DNA of 64,000 nt. Origin: Candidatus Saccharimonadales bacterium (GTDB lineage: Bacteria; Patescibacteriota; Saccharimonadia; Saccharimonadales; JBBQAJ01). A model generated the notes under the pieces. That model made no database searches. It had not been told where the DNA came from and saw only the letters and a list, made by a program, of their open reading frames with translations. Below are positions 1 to 9,694 of the stretch, one piece after another. The position numbers and the translations under genes are program-made. Position 1 is the stretch's first letter, and the number at the start of each line of letters is the position of its first letter. The DNA lies in NCBI GenBank assembly GCA_038206875.1, contig JBBRAK010000004.1:3174-67173 (forward strand), in the 5' to 3' direction.

Positions 1-1
1 T

Positions 2-1414
2 TGGAGTGGTTACAACTTTGAAGACGCAATTATCATAAGTCGAAAACTAGTTGAAGATGATACCCTGACGTCTATTCATATTGTCGATTACATGGTTGAA
101 GTTCGTGAAACAAAGCTTGGTCCAGAAATTGTAACGCGTGATATACCAAACGTTTCAGAAGAAGCCTTGAGACATCTAGATGATGATGGAATAGTCCGGA
201 TTGGTGCTGAAGTACACCCTGGCGACATATTGGTTGGAAAGATTACACCTAAAGGTGAACAAGAATTATCAAGCGAAGAGCGCTTACTGCGGGCAATTTT
301 TGGTGAAAAGGCTAAGGAAGTTCGCGACACCTCACAACGCATGAGCAACGGAAAACATGGCAAAGTAGTGGGTGTAAAGGTATTCTCTCGTGCCAATGGA
401 CATGAGCTAAAAGCCGGTGTCTTGATGCAGATTCAGGTTTTTGTAGCACAAATGCGCAAAATTAGTGTTGGAGATAAATTAGGTGGTAGACACGGTAACA
501 AAGGCGTAATTGCCCGGATTTTACCTGCAGAAGATATGCCCTTTATGGCAGATGGAACGCCTGTTGACATCATCCTAAACCCTCTGGGTGTACCGAGTCG
601 TATGAACATAGGTCAACTGTTTGAAACACACCTAGGTTGGGCAGCAAGAACCCTGGGACTAACAATTGCCAGTCCGGCATTTGACGGGGTTAGTCCGAGC
701 AAAATTAGAGAGCTTCTAAAAGAAGCTGGTTTTCCAGAAGACGGCAAACAACAGCTTTTTGATGGTCGCACTGGTGAGTCTTTCAAAGAACTAACTACTG
801 TTGGTTCTATGTATATGATCAAACTAAATCACATGATTGCAGACAAAATCCATGCCCGTTCAACCGGTCCATACACAATGGTTACTCAACAGCCACTTGG
901 TGGAAAAGCCCAAAATGGTGGCCAGAGATTTGGGGAAATGGAAGTATGGGCACTAGAAGCGTACGGTGCCTCAAATACACTTCAGGAAATGCTCACAATT
1001 AAATCAGACGATGTTTATGGCCGATCAAAAGCATATGAAGCGATAATTAAAGGTACGGAAATTGTAGGTCCAAAAGTTCCTGAAAGTTTCAACGTGTTAG
1101 TTAAAGAACTCCAGGGGTTGGGTCTAAAGATTGATTTAGTTGCCCAAAGCAAACTAATAGATGCAGAAGAAGTTTTGGCAAAAAACATCAAAGAAGAAGC
1201 AAAGCATTTGCCTGAGGTTGAAGTACCCGCACCATCTGCATCGGATATCGATGTAACCGAAGACGCAAATGAAATGAATGAATTTGTAGTAATGGAGCTT
1301 GACGATGATACTCCAGCAACAACGCTGATTGCGGATGACACAACACTTGCAGATGATGACAACACTACAGCGGCAGTCATCGCCGACGAAGACGATAAAG
1401 AGAAGGAGGCGTAA
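2..1414 (+). CDS. rpoB: DNA-directed RNA polymerase beta subunit, C-terminal part (5' end upstream of window)
   Basis: Frame open from window edge ([13 protein letters not shown]...). Beta motifs [54 protein letters not shown]. Directly precedes rpoC. Last ~89 aa are an acidic low-complexity tail. Confidence 0.97.
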   Translation, partial: WSGYNFEDAIIISRKLVEDDTLTSIHIVDYMVEVRETKLGPEIVTRDIPNVSEEALRHLDDDGIVRIGAEVHPGDILVGKITPKGEQELSSEERLLRAIFGEKAKEVRDTSQRMSNGKHGKVVGVKVFSRANGHELKAGVLMQIQVFVAQMRKISVGDKLGGRHGNKGVIARILPAEDMPFMADGTPVDIILNPLGVPSRMNIGQLFETHLGWAARTLGLTIASPAFDGVSPSKIRELLKEAGFPEDGKQQLFDGRTGESFKELTTVGSMYMIKLNHMIADKIHARSTGPYTMVTQQPLGGKAQNGGQRFGEMEVWALEAYGASNTLQEMLTIKSDDVYGRSKAYEAIIKGTEIVGPKVPESFNVLVKELQGLGLKIDLVAQSKLIDAEEVLAKNIKEEAKHLPEVEVPAPSASDIDVTEDANEMNEFVVMELDDDTPATTLIADDTTLADDDNTTAAVIADEDDKEKEA

Positions 1415-1415
1415 T

Positions 1416-4400
1416 ATGAAGCGTTATTCATACGGAACAGATATAGCAGACTTTGACGCAGTACGTCTCGCCGTAGCCAGTCCAGAAGATATTATGGAAT
1501 GGAGCTACGGAGAAGTAACTAAACCTGAAACTATCAACTATCGAACTCAAAAACCCGAAAGAGATGGGCTGTTTTGCGAACGTATTTTTGGGCCAGTCAA
1601 AGACATAAATCCACATGACGCCAAATACAAAGGTGTTCGTTCAAGGGAAGCAGCAGTAGATAAAAACGGCGAAATTGTAACTAAATCAATTGTTCGACGA
1701 GAGCGCATGGCACATATCAATTTAGCAAGTCCAGTGGCTCACATTTGGTTTTTACGTGGTACACCGAGCGCAATCGGTTTACTCCTCGGCATGACTGTCA
1801 AAAATCTCGAGCGCGTTGCTTACTTTGCAAGCTATATCATCAAAAAAGTTGACGTAGAAAAACGTGACCAAATGCTAGCAGATAAAGAAGCAGAGTTTTC
1901 TGCTGCTAAAGAAGCCATAAAAGCACGTTACGAAAAAGAGGCTTCTGCTGAAGATGCAAATCTTAAAGCGCTTGCAGAAATGCAGACAAAGGAACTTGAA
2001 GACGCTCAGATAGAATTCGACGAATTTAAAACGCAAATAACTTCTCTAGCAAAATTAAATTTGATAAACGAAACCGATTACAGAATGTTGCCAGATGGAC
2101 TATCCGACCTGATAGAGGTTGGTATGGGTGGTTCAACTCTAAAAGATTTGTTAGTTGATGTAAATCTTGAAAATCTAATTACCGAGTTGTCCGCAGAGGC
2201 AGAAGAAGCAAAAGGACAACGCAAAAAGAAATTGATGAAACGATTACGTTTGCTCGAAAGCATGCATCGGGCCGGGATTAAACCTTCCAGTATGTGTGTT
2301 TCGGTACTCCCTGTTATCCCACCAGACCTGCGACCAATGGTACAGCTAACTGGAGGAAGATTTGCGACCTCTGACCTAAATGACCTGTATCGGCGAGTAA
2401 TAAACCGCAACAATCGACTTAAAAAATTGATTGATTTGAACGCGCCAGAAGTAATTCGCCGTAACGAACAGCGAATGTTGCAAGAAGCAGTTGATGCATT
2501 GATTGACAATAACAACGCACGAAGTGGTCGTGCTGTAGCTGCCACTGGCCAACGAAGACGACTAAAAAGTCTTTCGGACATGCTTAAAGGCAAACAAGGT
2601 CGATTCCGACAGAACCTACTAGGCAAACGAGTAGATTATTCTGGTCGTTCAGTCATTGTTGCTGGGCCGGAGCTCAAAATGTACCAATGTGGTCTACCTA
2701 AAATGATGGCTCTTGAGTTGTTCAAGCCATTTGTAATTGGTTGGCTCATCAGGAACGAATTTGCGCATAATATACGTTCTGCCACACGAATGATTGAAAC
2801 TGGCGAAACAGCAGTATGGGATGCCTTGGACGAAGTGATAAAGGGCAAATATGTACTTTTGAATCGTGCACCATCTCTTCACAGGCTTTCCATCCAGGCA
2901 TTTCAACCGGTGCTTATTGAAGGACGAGCAATCCAGCTACATCCATTGGTATGTAAAGGATTTAACGCTGACTTTGACGGAGATCAAATGGCTGTTCACT
3001 TGCCTTTGTCAGACGCTGCGCAAAATGAAGCAAGAGATATTATGGCAAGCAATAAAAACCTGTTAAAACCAGCAGATGGTTCACCAATTTTGCATATTGA
3101 ACAAGACATTGTGCTTGGTTGTTACTATTTGACCTATGACCGCGAATCAGCAAACAAAAAACAGAAAATATATTCATTTACTGGGCTTGAAGAAGCAGTT
3201 ATGGCGAAAGATGCTGGTGTAATTGACATACAGTCGCGTGTACGCGTACCTTTCCGGGGTGAAATTCGTCAATCCACTTTTGGACGATTACTATTCAATG
3301 AAATTTTCCCGGAAGATTTTGCTTTCCAGGACGAACCTATGACTAAGAAGAAGCTTACTAGTGTCATGGCACAAATCTACCAGCAATATGGTCAGGATGT
3401 CACAGCCGAAATTGCCGATGACCTAAAAGATATCGGATTTGACTGGGCAACACGCTCTGGGCTTTCGATGGGAATGGGTGACTTTACGCCAATCAAAGGC
3501 ATGGATGAGCTCATGGATGGCGGTGAGGAACGTGCAATTGCTATAAGCCAACAGTATGAGCAAGGATTTATAACCGAAGACGAAAGATATCGTCTGACAG
3601 TTGAAACATGGACAAAGATTGAGAACAAAGTACAAGATATGTTGGCTAAACAGATGGAAGGTTTTGAATCTTCAATGGCTATTGCTATAACTTCTGGAGC
3701 ACGCGGAAACATATCTCAGATGAAAATGTCCGTCGGAATGTTGGGCGTACTGTCTGATGCTACTGGACGTGCTATCGAACTTCCAATCAAGTCAGGTTAT
3801 GTCAAAGGACTTACCCCACTAGAATATTTCACAGGTACACGTGGTACCAGAAAAGCCTTGATTGACATTGCGCTTAAGACAGCTGACGCTGGGTATCTAA
3901 CTCGACGACTAGTCGATGTTGGTCAGGACGTGTTTACTATAAACGACGATGATACGGATCCTGGGTTCGCAATGAACAGAGCCGACGCTGAAGAAGTCGG
4001 AGTCAGCTATGCATCTAGACTAGAAGGACGTTTTGTTGCCGAAGATGTCAAGTCTGATGGTAAGAAGCTCATAAAAGCCGGAGAACAAATTAGCAAAGAG
4101 GTTGCCTCACTTCTGGAAGCTGACACATCGCTGGATGGCATAAAAATAATGAGTGCACTATCCTGTACTTCAGTGCGCGGAGTCCCTCAAAAGTCTTACG
4201 GAGTAGACCCAGCAACTGGTAATCTAGTGGCATCTCATCATCCAATTGGTGTTATAGCTGCTCAGAGTATTGGTGAACCAGGAACACAGCTGAGCTTGGA
4301 CTCCAAACACCGCTCTGGTGCAGTTTTGGCAGATGAAGCTGCTCAAGGTTTGTCGCGTGTTGAAGAACTATTTGAAGTTCGTTCTCCCAAAGGCCAAGCA

Positions 4401-5243
4401 TTTTTGACAGAAATTTCTGGCAAAGTAAACGCATTTGAAGAAGGTGATCAATATATTGTTCAAGTGACTGCCAAAGAAGCTTCAGACGTTGAATTAACTA
4501 TCGGTACACGTGCCGTCCAGATTGCAGATGGTTCAGAGGTTGCGATTGGTGATGTACTTGCTGCAAACAAAGACAATTCTAAGCCACTTATAAGTCCAAT
4601 AGCTGGCAAGGCGGAGATAACTGACAAGAAAATAATTGTAGTTCCAAGTGCAAAAAGTTCCGTTCGCTATGAAATCCCAGGATACAAACAATTGTTTGTC
4701 AAGGACGGCGACGAAGTAGTTGCTGGCCAGAGATTGACAAGTGGTTCTATCAATCTGCATGACCTTATGAGTTTGCAGGGTGTTGAAGCAACCCAGCGGT
4801 ACATAATGAACGAAATCCTGCGAATTTTTGCAGGTCAGGGCCAAAACATCGCCGACAAGCACCTTGAAATCATAGTTAGGCAGATGTTTAGCCGTGTTCA
4901 GATTGAAGAAGCTGGTGATAGCGAATTCGTAACAGGAGATATAGTTAGTAAACTTGCTGTTGTAGAAGCTAATGAAAAACTGGTAGCCGACAAAAAACAG
5001 CCAGCAAAAGTTACGCAACTGCTACTTGGAATCACCAAGGCAAGTTTAAGCACGGACTCCTTCCTAAGCGCCGCTTCGTTCCAGGACACTACCCGAGTTC
5101 TTATAGCGGCGGCAACTAGCGGAAAAATTGACAAACTATATGGTCTTAAAGAAAACGTGATTTTAGGTCGCCGTATTCCTGTCGGTACTGGATATCATCC
5201 GACGCATGATTTAGATCAAATAATCCCGGTTGAGGGTGCATAG
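1416..5243 (+). CDS. rpoC: DNA-directed RNA polymerase beta' subunit
   Basis: ORF 1329-5243. Start placed at ATG 1416 (MKRYSYGT...), 6 nt after GGAGG (1405-1409) and just after the rpoB stop. Motifs NADFDGDQMAVH, NRAPSLHRLSIQAF, SGARGN. Confidence 0.97.
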   Translation: MKRYSYGTDIADFDAVRLAVASPEDIMEWSYGEVTKPETINYRTQKPERDGLFCERIFGPVKDINPHDAKYKGVRSREAAVDKNGEIVTKSIVRRERMAHINLASPVAHIWFLRGTPSAIGLLLGMTVKNLERVAYFASYIIKKVDVEKRDQMLADKEAEFSAAKEAIKARYEKEASAEDANLKALAEMQTKELEDAQIEFDEFKTQITSLAKLNLINETDYRMLPDGLSDLIEVGMGGSTLKDLLVDVNLENLITELSAEAEEAKGQRKKKLMKRLRLLESMHRAGIKPSSMCVSVLPVIPPDLRPMVQLTGGRFATSDLNDLYRRVINRNNRLKKLIDLNAPEVIRRNEQRMLQEAVDALIDNNNARSGRAVAATGQRRRLKSLSDMLKGKQGRFRQNLLGKRVDYSGRSVIVAGPELKMYQCGLPKMMALELFKPFVIGWLIRNEFAHNIRSATRMIETGETAVWDALDEVIKGKYVLLNRAPSLHRLSIQAFQPVLIEGRAIQLHPLVCKGFNADFDGDQMAVHLPLSDAAQNEARDIMASNKNLLKPADGSPILHIEQDIVLGCYYLTYDRESANKKQKIYSFTGLEEAVMAKDAGVIDIQSRVRVPFRGEIRQSTFGRLLFNEIFPEDFAFQDEPMTKKKLTSVMAQIYQQYGQDVTAEIADDLKDIGFDWATRSGLSMGMGDFTPIKGMDELMDGGEERAIAISQQYEQGFITEDERYRLTVETWTKIENKVQDMLAKQMEGFESSMAIAITSGARGNISQMKMSVGMLGVLSDATGRAIELPIKSGYVKGLTPLEYFTGTRGTRKALIDIALKTADAGYLTRRLVDVGQDVFTINDDDTDPGFAMNRADAEEVGVSYASRLEGRFVAEDVKSDGKKLIKAGEQISKEVASLLEADTSLDGIKIMSALSCTSVRGVPQKSYGVDPATGNLVASHHPIGVIAAQSIGEPGTQLSLDSKHRSGAVLADEAAQGLSRVEELFEVRSPKGQAFLTEISGKVNAFEEGDQYIVQVTAKEASDVELTIGTRAVQIADGSEVAIGDVLAANKDNSKPLISPIAGKAEITDKKIIVVPSAKSSVRYEIPGYKQLFVKDGDEVVAGQRLTSGSINLHDLMSLQGVEATQRYIMNEILRIFAGQGQNIADKHLEIIVRQMFSRVQIEEAGDSEFVTGDIVSKLAVVEANEKLVADKKQPAKVTQLLLGITKASLSTDSFLSAASFQDTTRVLIAAATSGKIDKLYGLKENVILGRRIPVGTGYHPTHDLDQIIPVEGA

Positions 5244-5245
5244 AG

Positions 5246-5274
5246 TTGAAAAAATCTATCCCATCTGTTAAAGT
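5246..5274 (+). promoter_or_regulatory. candidate sigma70-type promoter of the str operon
   Basis: TTGAAA (5246-5251), 17-nt spacer, TAAAGT (5269-5274). The ~75-nt leader contains a GTGATC/GATCAC stem before RBS AAGGAG. Confidence 0.4.
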
Positions 5275-5349
5275 ACTCAAGTCATTAAGTGATCCGAGCC
5301 TTACGACGGCATGCGTTTGTAGCAGAAGATCACACTTGCAAGGAGAATC

Positions 5350-5763
5350 ATGCCAACAATAAATCAATTAGTGCGCAAGCCTCGCGCAATCAAACCCAAA
5401 AAATCTGGCGCACCACACCTTCAGCGTGTAACTAACAACCTAAAAACACGTAATTACGACAAACCCGCGCCATTTAAACGCGGTGTTTGCATAAAAGTTA
5501 CTACAAAAACACCCAAGAAACCTAACTCAGCACTGCGTAAAGTTGCACGTGTGCGACTGACAAATGGATATGAAGTTTGGGCATATATTGGTGGTGAAGG
5601 TCACAATTTACAAGAACACGCCGTTGTAACAATCAGAGGTGGACGCGTAAAAGACCTTCCCGGTGTTCGTTACCACATAGTTCGAGGTAGTTTGGACTTG
5701 CAGGGTGTTACTGACCGCAAAAATGGACGCAGTAAATACGGCACCAAGAAAGCAGGTAAATAA
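5350..5763 (+). CDS. rpsL: 30S ribosomal protein S12
   Basis: [12 protein letters not shown]..., [25 protein letters not shown] upstream. Confidence 0.98.
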   Translation: MPTINQLVRKPRAIKPKKSGAPHLQRVTNNLKTRNYDKPAPFKRGVCIKVTTKTPKKPNSALRKVARVRLTNGYEVWAYIGGEGHNLQEHAVVTIRGGRVKDLPGVRYHIVRGSLDLQGVTDRKNGRSKYGTKKAGK

Positions 5764-5990
5764 TGTCAGGTTCAGGACCAGAATGTTTAGGAGCAAAATG
5801 TCAAGTATTTCTTGAGTGCGTGCAGGCTGAAAACGATATCATTGACACCGGTGCACTTCGGTCGGAACCGGAAATGGCTGATTATAGTGCACAAACCGAA
5901 GTTGCTCGTAAATGCTCTGAGATGGGTGGATGCACATTAAGAAGTGAACTTGTTGTGGAATTAGAATCGGAGCAACAACATGCCTCGTAA
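5763..5990 (+). CDS. hypothetical 75-aa acidic Cys-rich protein filling the rpsL-rpsG spacer
   Basis: ATG overlaps the rpsL stop (TAATG, 5761-5765). Its stop lies 11 nt inside rpsG. The ORF spans the whole gap. Cys at 8, 13, 19, 51, 57. No recognisable family. Confidence 0.5.
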   Translation: MSGSGPECLGAKCQVFLECVQAENDIIDTGALRSEPEMADYSAQTEVARKCSEMGGCTLRSELVVELESEQQHAS

Positions 5991-6459
5991 AGTTACCAAA
6001 TCACTTATAAGAGATATTAAACCAGACAGATTATATAACAGCGTCATGGTTCAACGTATGATTAATCGCGTCATGCGCCACGGTAAAAAACAAATGGCAG
6101 AGCGGATTGTATATGGCGGTTTGCAAAAAGCGGCCGACAAACTAGAGGTTCAAAATCCTTTAGAAGTGTTTGAGCAAGCTATGAAAAATGCTCGTCCCCA
6201 CATGGAAACTCGTTCACGACGTGTTGGCGGTGCAAACTACCAAATTCCTTTTGAAGTGTCAGGACAACGTCAAAATCATTTGACCATGATGTGGTTCGTA
6301 GCGGCAGCACGTGCTCGCAAAGGTATGAGTATGGAAGACCGTTTGGCTTTTGAGTTTGTAGACGCATATAACAACACTGGCACCGCAGTGAAGAAAAAAG
6401 AAGATACCCATAAAATGGCTGATGCCAACCGCGCATTTGCCCACTTCGCGAGGTTCTAG
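5980..6459 (+). CDS. rpsG: 30S ribosomal protein S7
   Basis: MPRKVTKSLIRDIKPD..., RRVGGANYQIPFEV. Canonical position after rpsL. Confidence 0.98.
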   Translation: MPRKVTKSLIRDIKPDRLYNSVMVQRMINRVMRHGKKQMAERIVYGGLQKAADKLEVQNPLEVFEQAMKNARPHMETRSRRVGGANYQIPFEVSGQRQNHLTMMWFVAAARARKGMSMEDRLAFEFVDAYNNTGTAVKKKEDTHKMADANRAFAHFARF

Positions 6460-6819
6460 ATGGTTGCTTCAATAGAAATAAACTCTGGATCTGGCCAGCC
6501 GTGGTCATTAACTCCCCCAGGCATGTTGTCGGAGAGAGAGCATGAAGAAGCCAGACAGATTGAAGCTATTATTGCGCATTTTGGCTCCGAACTTCCTGGT
6601 TATGTTGCAGTTGAAGAATTAGTATATCGGGACATACTAAAAGATAGCGACCTTACTGACAATGTGAAGGAGAGGACTGCAATAGAGAGGGCTTTAGAAT
6701 TTGCACCTAAATTCTATGCTATGGACATAGAGGGGGACACTCAATATATGTTGGAAGGTCAGGTTAGAAGTCTTATATTTGCGGGAGTAACAATAGAATC
6801 ATTAATAGAGGCAAACTAA
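6460..6819 (+). CDS. hypothetical 119-aa acidic protein between rpsG and fusA
   Basis: ATG abuts the rpsG TAG (6457-6462). Ends 10 nt before fusA. The ORF fills the whole gap. No TM segment, no known motif. Confidence 0.6.
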   Translation: MVASIEINSGSGQPWSLTPPGMLSEREHEEARQIEAIIAHFGSELPGYVAVEELVYRDILKDSDLTDNVKERTAIERALEFAPKFYAMDIEGDTQYMLEGQVRSLIFAGVTIESLIEAN

Positions 6820-6829
6820 AAGGAAAATA

Positions 6830-8917
6830 ATGGTAGCAAAAAAATATCCACTAGATAAAATTCGCAATTTGGGCATCATAGCTCATATTGACGCTGGCAA
6901 AACTACTACGACGGAAGGGATTCTATATAGGACGGGGTTAAACCATAAGATTGGTGCAGTACACGAAGGCGAAACTACCACTGACTGGATGGCTCAAGAA
7001 CGCGAAAGAGGCATAACTATCGTTGCTGCTTCTGTAACGTGTTTTTGGAAGGAGCATCAGATAAACATTATTGATACTCCTGGGCATATTGATTTTACGG
7101 TTGAAGTAGAACGCTCTTTGCGTGTTCTAGACGGTGCTTGTGTGGTTTTTGATGGCAAAATGGGTGTGGAATCTCAAAGTGAGACAGTATGGCGACAAGC
7201 AGACAAATACAAAGTACCTCGGATATGCTTTATCAACAAAATTAATCAAACTGGGGGTGATTTTTACAAATCGCTAGACACTATTCATGCCAGGTTGAGT
7301 AAACGAGCGTTCCCTGTACATCTCCCGATTGGCTTTGAGCAGGCTATAAACGGCATTGTTGACCTGGTAGCAATGAAAGCCTACACCTACAAAGATTTCA
7401 CAGACAAAGCGCTTGTAGAAGGCGAAATACCAGAAGACATGATGGACCAGGTCAAAAAATATCGTTCTTTACTGATTGAAAACGCTGTTGCAGAAGACGA
7501 ACAGATGCTAGAAAAATACTTTGATGTTGGTGAAGAAGGTCTAACTGAAGATGATATCAAACAAGCTATACGAACCGCTGTGCTTTCAGGAAAATTCTTT
7601 GCGGTTACCGGCGGTGATGGCCGAGGAGTTATTGTTGAGAAAGTTCTGGATTTGGTAAACGATTACCTGCCAAGTCCAGAAGACCGAGGAAGTACCTGGG
7701 GAACTCATCCAAAATCAGGTGACGAAATTGAGCGTAAGCCCGTAGAATCCGAACCATTTTCGGCTTTAGCGTTCAAAATCACAACCGACCCATTTGTCGG
7801 TAAACTGGCATATTTCCGTGTGTACTCTGGCAAACTTGTAGCTGGTTCCTATGTTCTGAACAGCTCTACCGGTGAAAAAGAACGCATTGGTAGGATTGTC
7901 AGACTTCAAGCAGACAAGCGCACAGATGTCACGGAAGTTGGAGCTGGAGACATAGCAGCAATTGTTGGTCTAAAAGGTACTACTACTGGCAACACTCTAT
8001 GCGACACCAATAATCCTATCGTGCTGGAAAGTATAACTTTCCCAGAACCTCCCGTGTCTATAGCAATTGAACCAAAAACCAAGGCTGATCAAGAAAAAAT
8101 GTCAATCGCCATGCAACGTCTGGCTGAAGAAGACCCAACTTTCCGAATTCGAGTTGATGATGAAACGGCTCAGACAATCATTTCAGGGATGGGAGAACTT
8201 CATCTAGAAATTATTGTTGACCGTATGAAGCGTGAATTTGGCGTTGAAGCAAACATTGGCGCACCACAAGTGGCCTACCGTGAAACAATTCGAAAAGATG
8301 GCGTTGAAGCTCAAGGTAAATTTATCCGTCAATCGGGTGGTCGGGGACAGTACGGTGACGTGTGGCTTAGGTTGAGCCAAAACGAACCTGGTAAAGGTTT
8401 TGAGTTTATCAATTCCATCAAGGGTGGAGTTGTTCCGAGTGAATATATTAAACCTGTTCAACAAGGTGTTGAAGAAGCATTGAATAATGGTGTTGTTGCT
8501 GGTTACCCGGTAGTAGATGTGAAGGCAGAGTTATATGATGGTTCATATCATGACGTAGACTCAAGCGAAATGGCCTTCAAAATTGCCGGCTCTATGGCAA
8601 TTCAGGCAGGTGTCAAGCTAGCAAATCCTGTAGTTCTTGAGCCAATTATGAAAGTAGTTGTAGTTACTCCAGAAGAATTCATGGGTGAAGTCATCGGAGA
8701 CCTCAACTCTAAAAGAGGTCGGATAGAAAGCATGGAGGATTTGAGCGCAGGAATCAAAGAAATTACCGCTTTTGTGCCACTAGGAGAAATGTTTGGCTAC
8801 ACCACAAACCTGCGTAGTAGTACTCAGGGACGTGCTAGTTCAAGCATGGAGCTTGACCACTATCAAGACGTGCCCCATAACGTGGCAGAAGCCATAATTG
8901 CCAAAAACGCCAAATAA
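6830..8917 (+). CDS. fusA: translation elongation factor G
   Basis: NLGIIAHIDAGKTTTTE, DTPGHIDFTVEVERSLRVLDG, 695 aa. AGGA RBS. Confidence 0.98.
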   Translation: MVAKKYPLDKIRNLGIIAHIDAGKTTTTEGILYRTGLNHKIGAVHEGETTTDWMAQERERGITIVAASVTCFWKEHQINIIDTPGHIDFTVEVERSLRVLDGACVVFDGKMGVESQSETVWRQADKYKVPRICFINKINQTGGDFYKSLDTIHARLSKRAFPVHLPIGFEQAINGIVDLVAMKAYTYKDFTDKALVEGEIPEDMMDQVKKYRSLLIENAVAEDEQMLEKYFDVGEEGLTEDDIKQAIRTAVLSGKFFAVTGGDGRGVIVEKVLDLVNDYLPSPEDRGSTWGTHPKSGDEIERKPVESEPFSALAFKITTDPFVGKLAYFRVYSGKLVAGSYVLNSSTGEKERIGRIVRLQADKRTDVTEVGAGDIAAIVGLKGTTTGNTLCDTNNPIVLESITFPEPPVSIAIEPKTKADQEKMSIAMQRLAEEDPTFRIRVDDETAQTIISGMGELHLEIIVDRMKREFGVEANIGAPQVAYRETIRKDGVEAQGKFIRQSGGRGQYGDVWLRLSQNEPGKGFEFINSIKGGVVPSEYIKPVQQGVEEALNNGVVAGYPVVDVKAELYDGSYHDVDSSEMAFKIAGSMAIQAGVKLANPVVLEPIMKVVVVTPEEFMGEVIGDLNSKRGRIESMEDLSAGIKEITAFVPLGEMFGYTTNLRSSTQGRASSSMELDHYQDVPHNVAEAIIAKNAK

Positions 8918-8931
8918 GCAAATTAAAGATA

Positions 8932-9576
8932 ATGAAGTTTACAGGATTAAATCAAAGCATTCTGGAGGCTGGACATGATCTTGCCAACTGGCATAGGACT
9001 TATGACAGCGAACACAGTAGCTCGCCTCGTATAGTCAGAGATGCACGCTTTCTGATGAGAATTGCAGGCGCTATCATGACAGGGGTTATTACGCCGGAAG
9101 TTAGTGAAGTTGAGGCGGAAAGGTGGAGAAGAAACGTAACAGAGTCCGGCTATGCCGCAGCTCTTGTAGACTTGATGGATGTGGGCCAGTACTTGCCTGC
9201 TAGGGTAAGTACTGCTGAAGATGTAATGAAGCGGGGTGTAGTTGATCCGGGTATGCGCTTTGCACGTTTTATGGTGAATCGTAAAATCTCAGGTCAAGAA
9301 CGCCACCTTTCTAGGCGGGCGGCTCCGGTTATGACCCTAAGTGATAACGATTTGATAGTTCTTGCATATCCGACGGGTAACGGTCAGAAAAAGCCTTTAT
9401 CTGTTGCTACTACTGTGGAGCTAGAAGGATCTTTAAGTATCGGATTATCGTCCGATGCGATATATCCAGCTGCCGCTCAAGGTATTCTAGACATAGTTAA
9501 TGGTAATGAACTGCCTCCACTAAACCAAGATGAGAACTTGAAGGCTTTGCAAGCCCTTCCAAGGAATACCTTTTAG
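8932..9576 (+). CDS. hypothetical 214-aa protein between fusA and tuf
   Basis: Starts 14 nt after the fusA stop, same strand. Long clean ORF, Cys-free, no TM segment, no recognisable motif. Weak or no SD. Confidence 0.65.
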   Translation: MKFTGLNQSILEAGHDLANWHRTYDSEHSSSPRIVRDARFLMRIAGAIMTGVITPEVSEVEAERWRRNVTESGYAAALVDLMDVGQYLPARVSTAEDVMKRGVVDPGMRFARFMVNRKISGQERHLSRRAAPVMTLSDNDLIVLAYPTGNGQKKPLSVATTVELEGSLSIGLSSDAIYPAAAQGILDIVNGNELPPLNQDENLKALQALPRNTF

Positions 9577-9694
9577 CAAGCTTGACTCTTTACAAACATC
9601 TTAAAATCAGATAATATTATTCGGTAACTCGCGTGGGTTTCTTTAGCTCATGCGAAAAACAACTAATTATATCAGCAATTGTAAGGAGAAAAAG

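Noticed and set aside
1329-1415. Upstream-extended starts offered by the ORF track for rpoC (1329), tuf (9650), rplP (15799), rpsD (23701), rplA (44766), the 73-aa gene (51353), the 236-aa gene (53019) and the kinase (46375).
   Set aside because: The extensions overlap the preceding gene, a terminator or a -10 box. Conserved N-termini with proper RBS or leaderless spacing occur at the downstream ATGs.
88-5134. Many 60-180-aa ORFs antisense to or out of frame within rpoB and rpoC (for example 2078-2626 minus, 4533-5018 minus). Similar ones lie inside fusA, tuf, secY, the ribosomal protein genes, dnaX and cysS.
   Set aside because: They lie entirely inside strongly supported conserved genes and have low-complexity or odd composition with no RBS. 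They are typical shadow ORFs.
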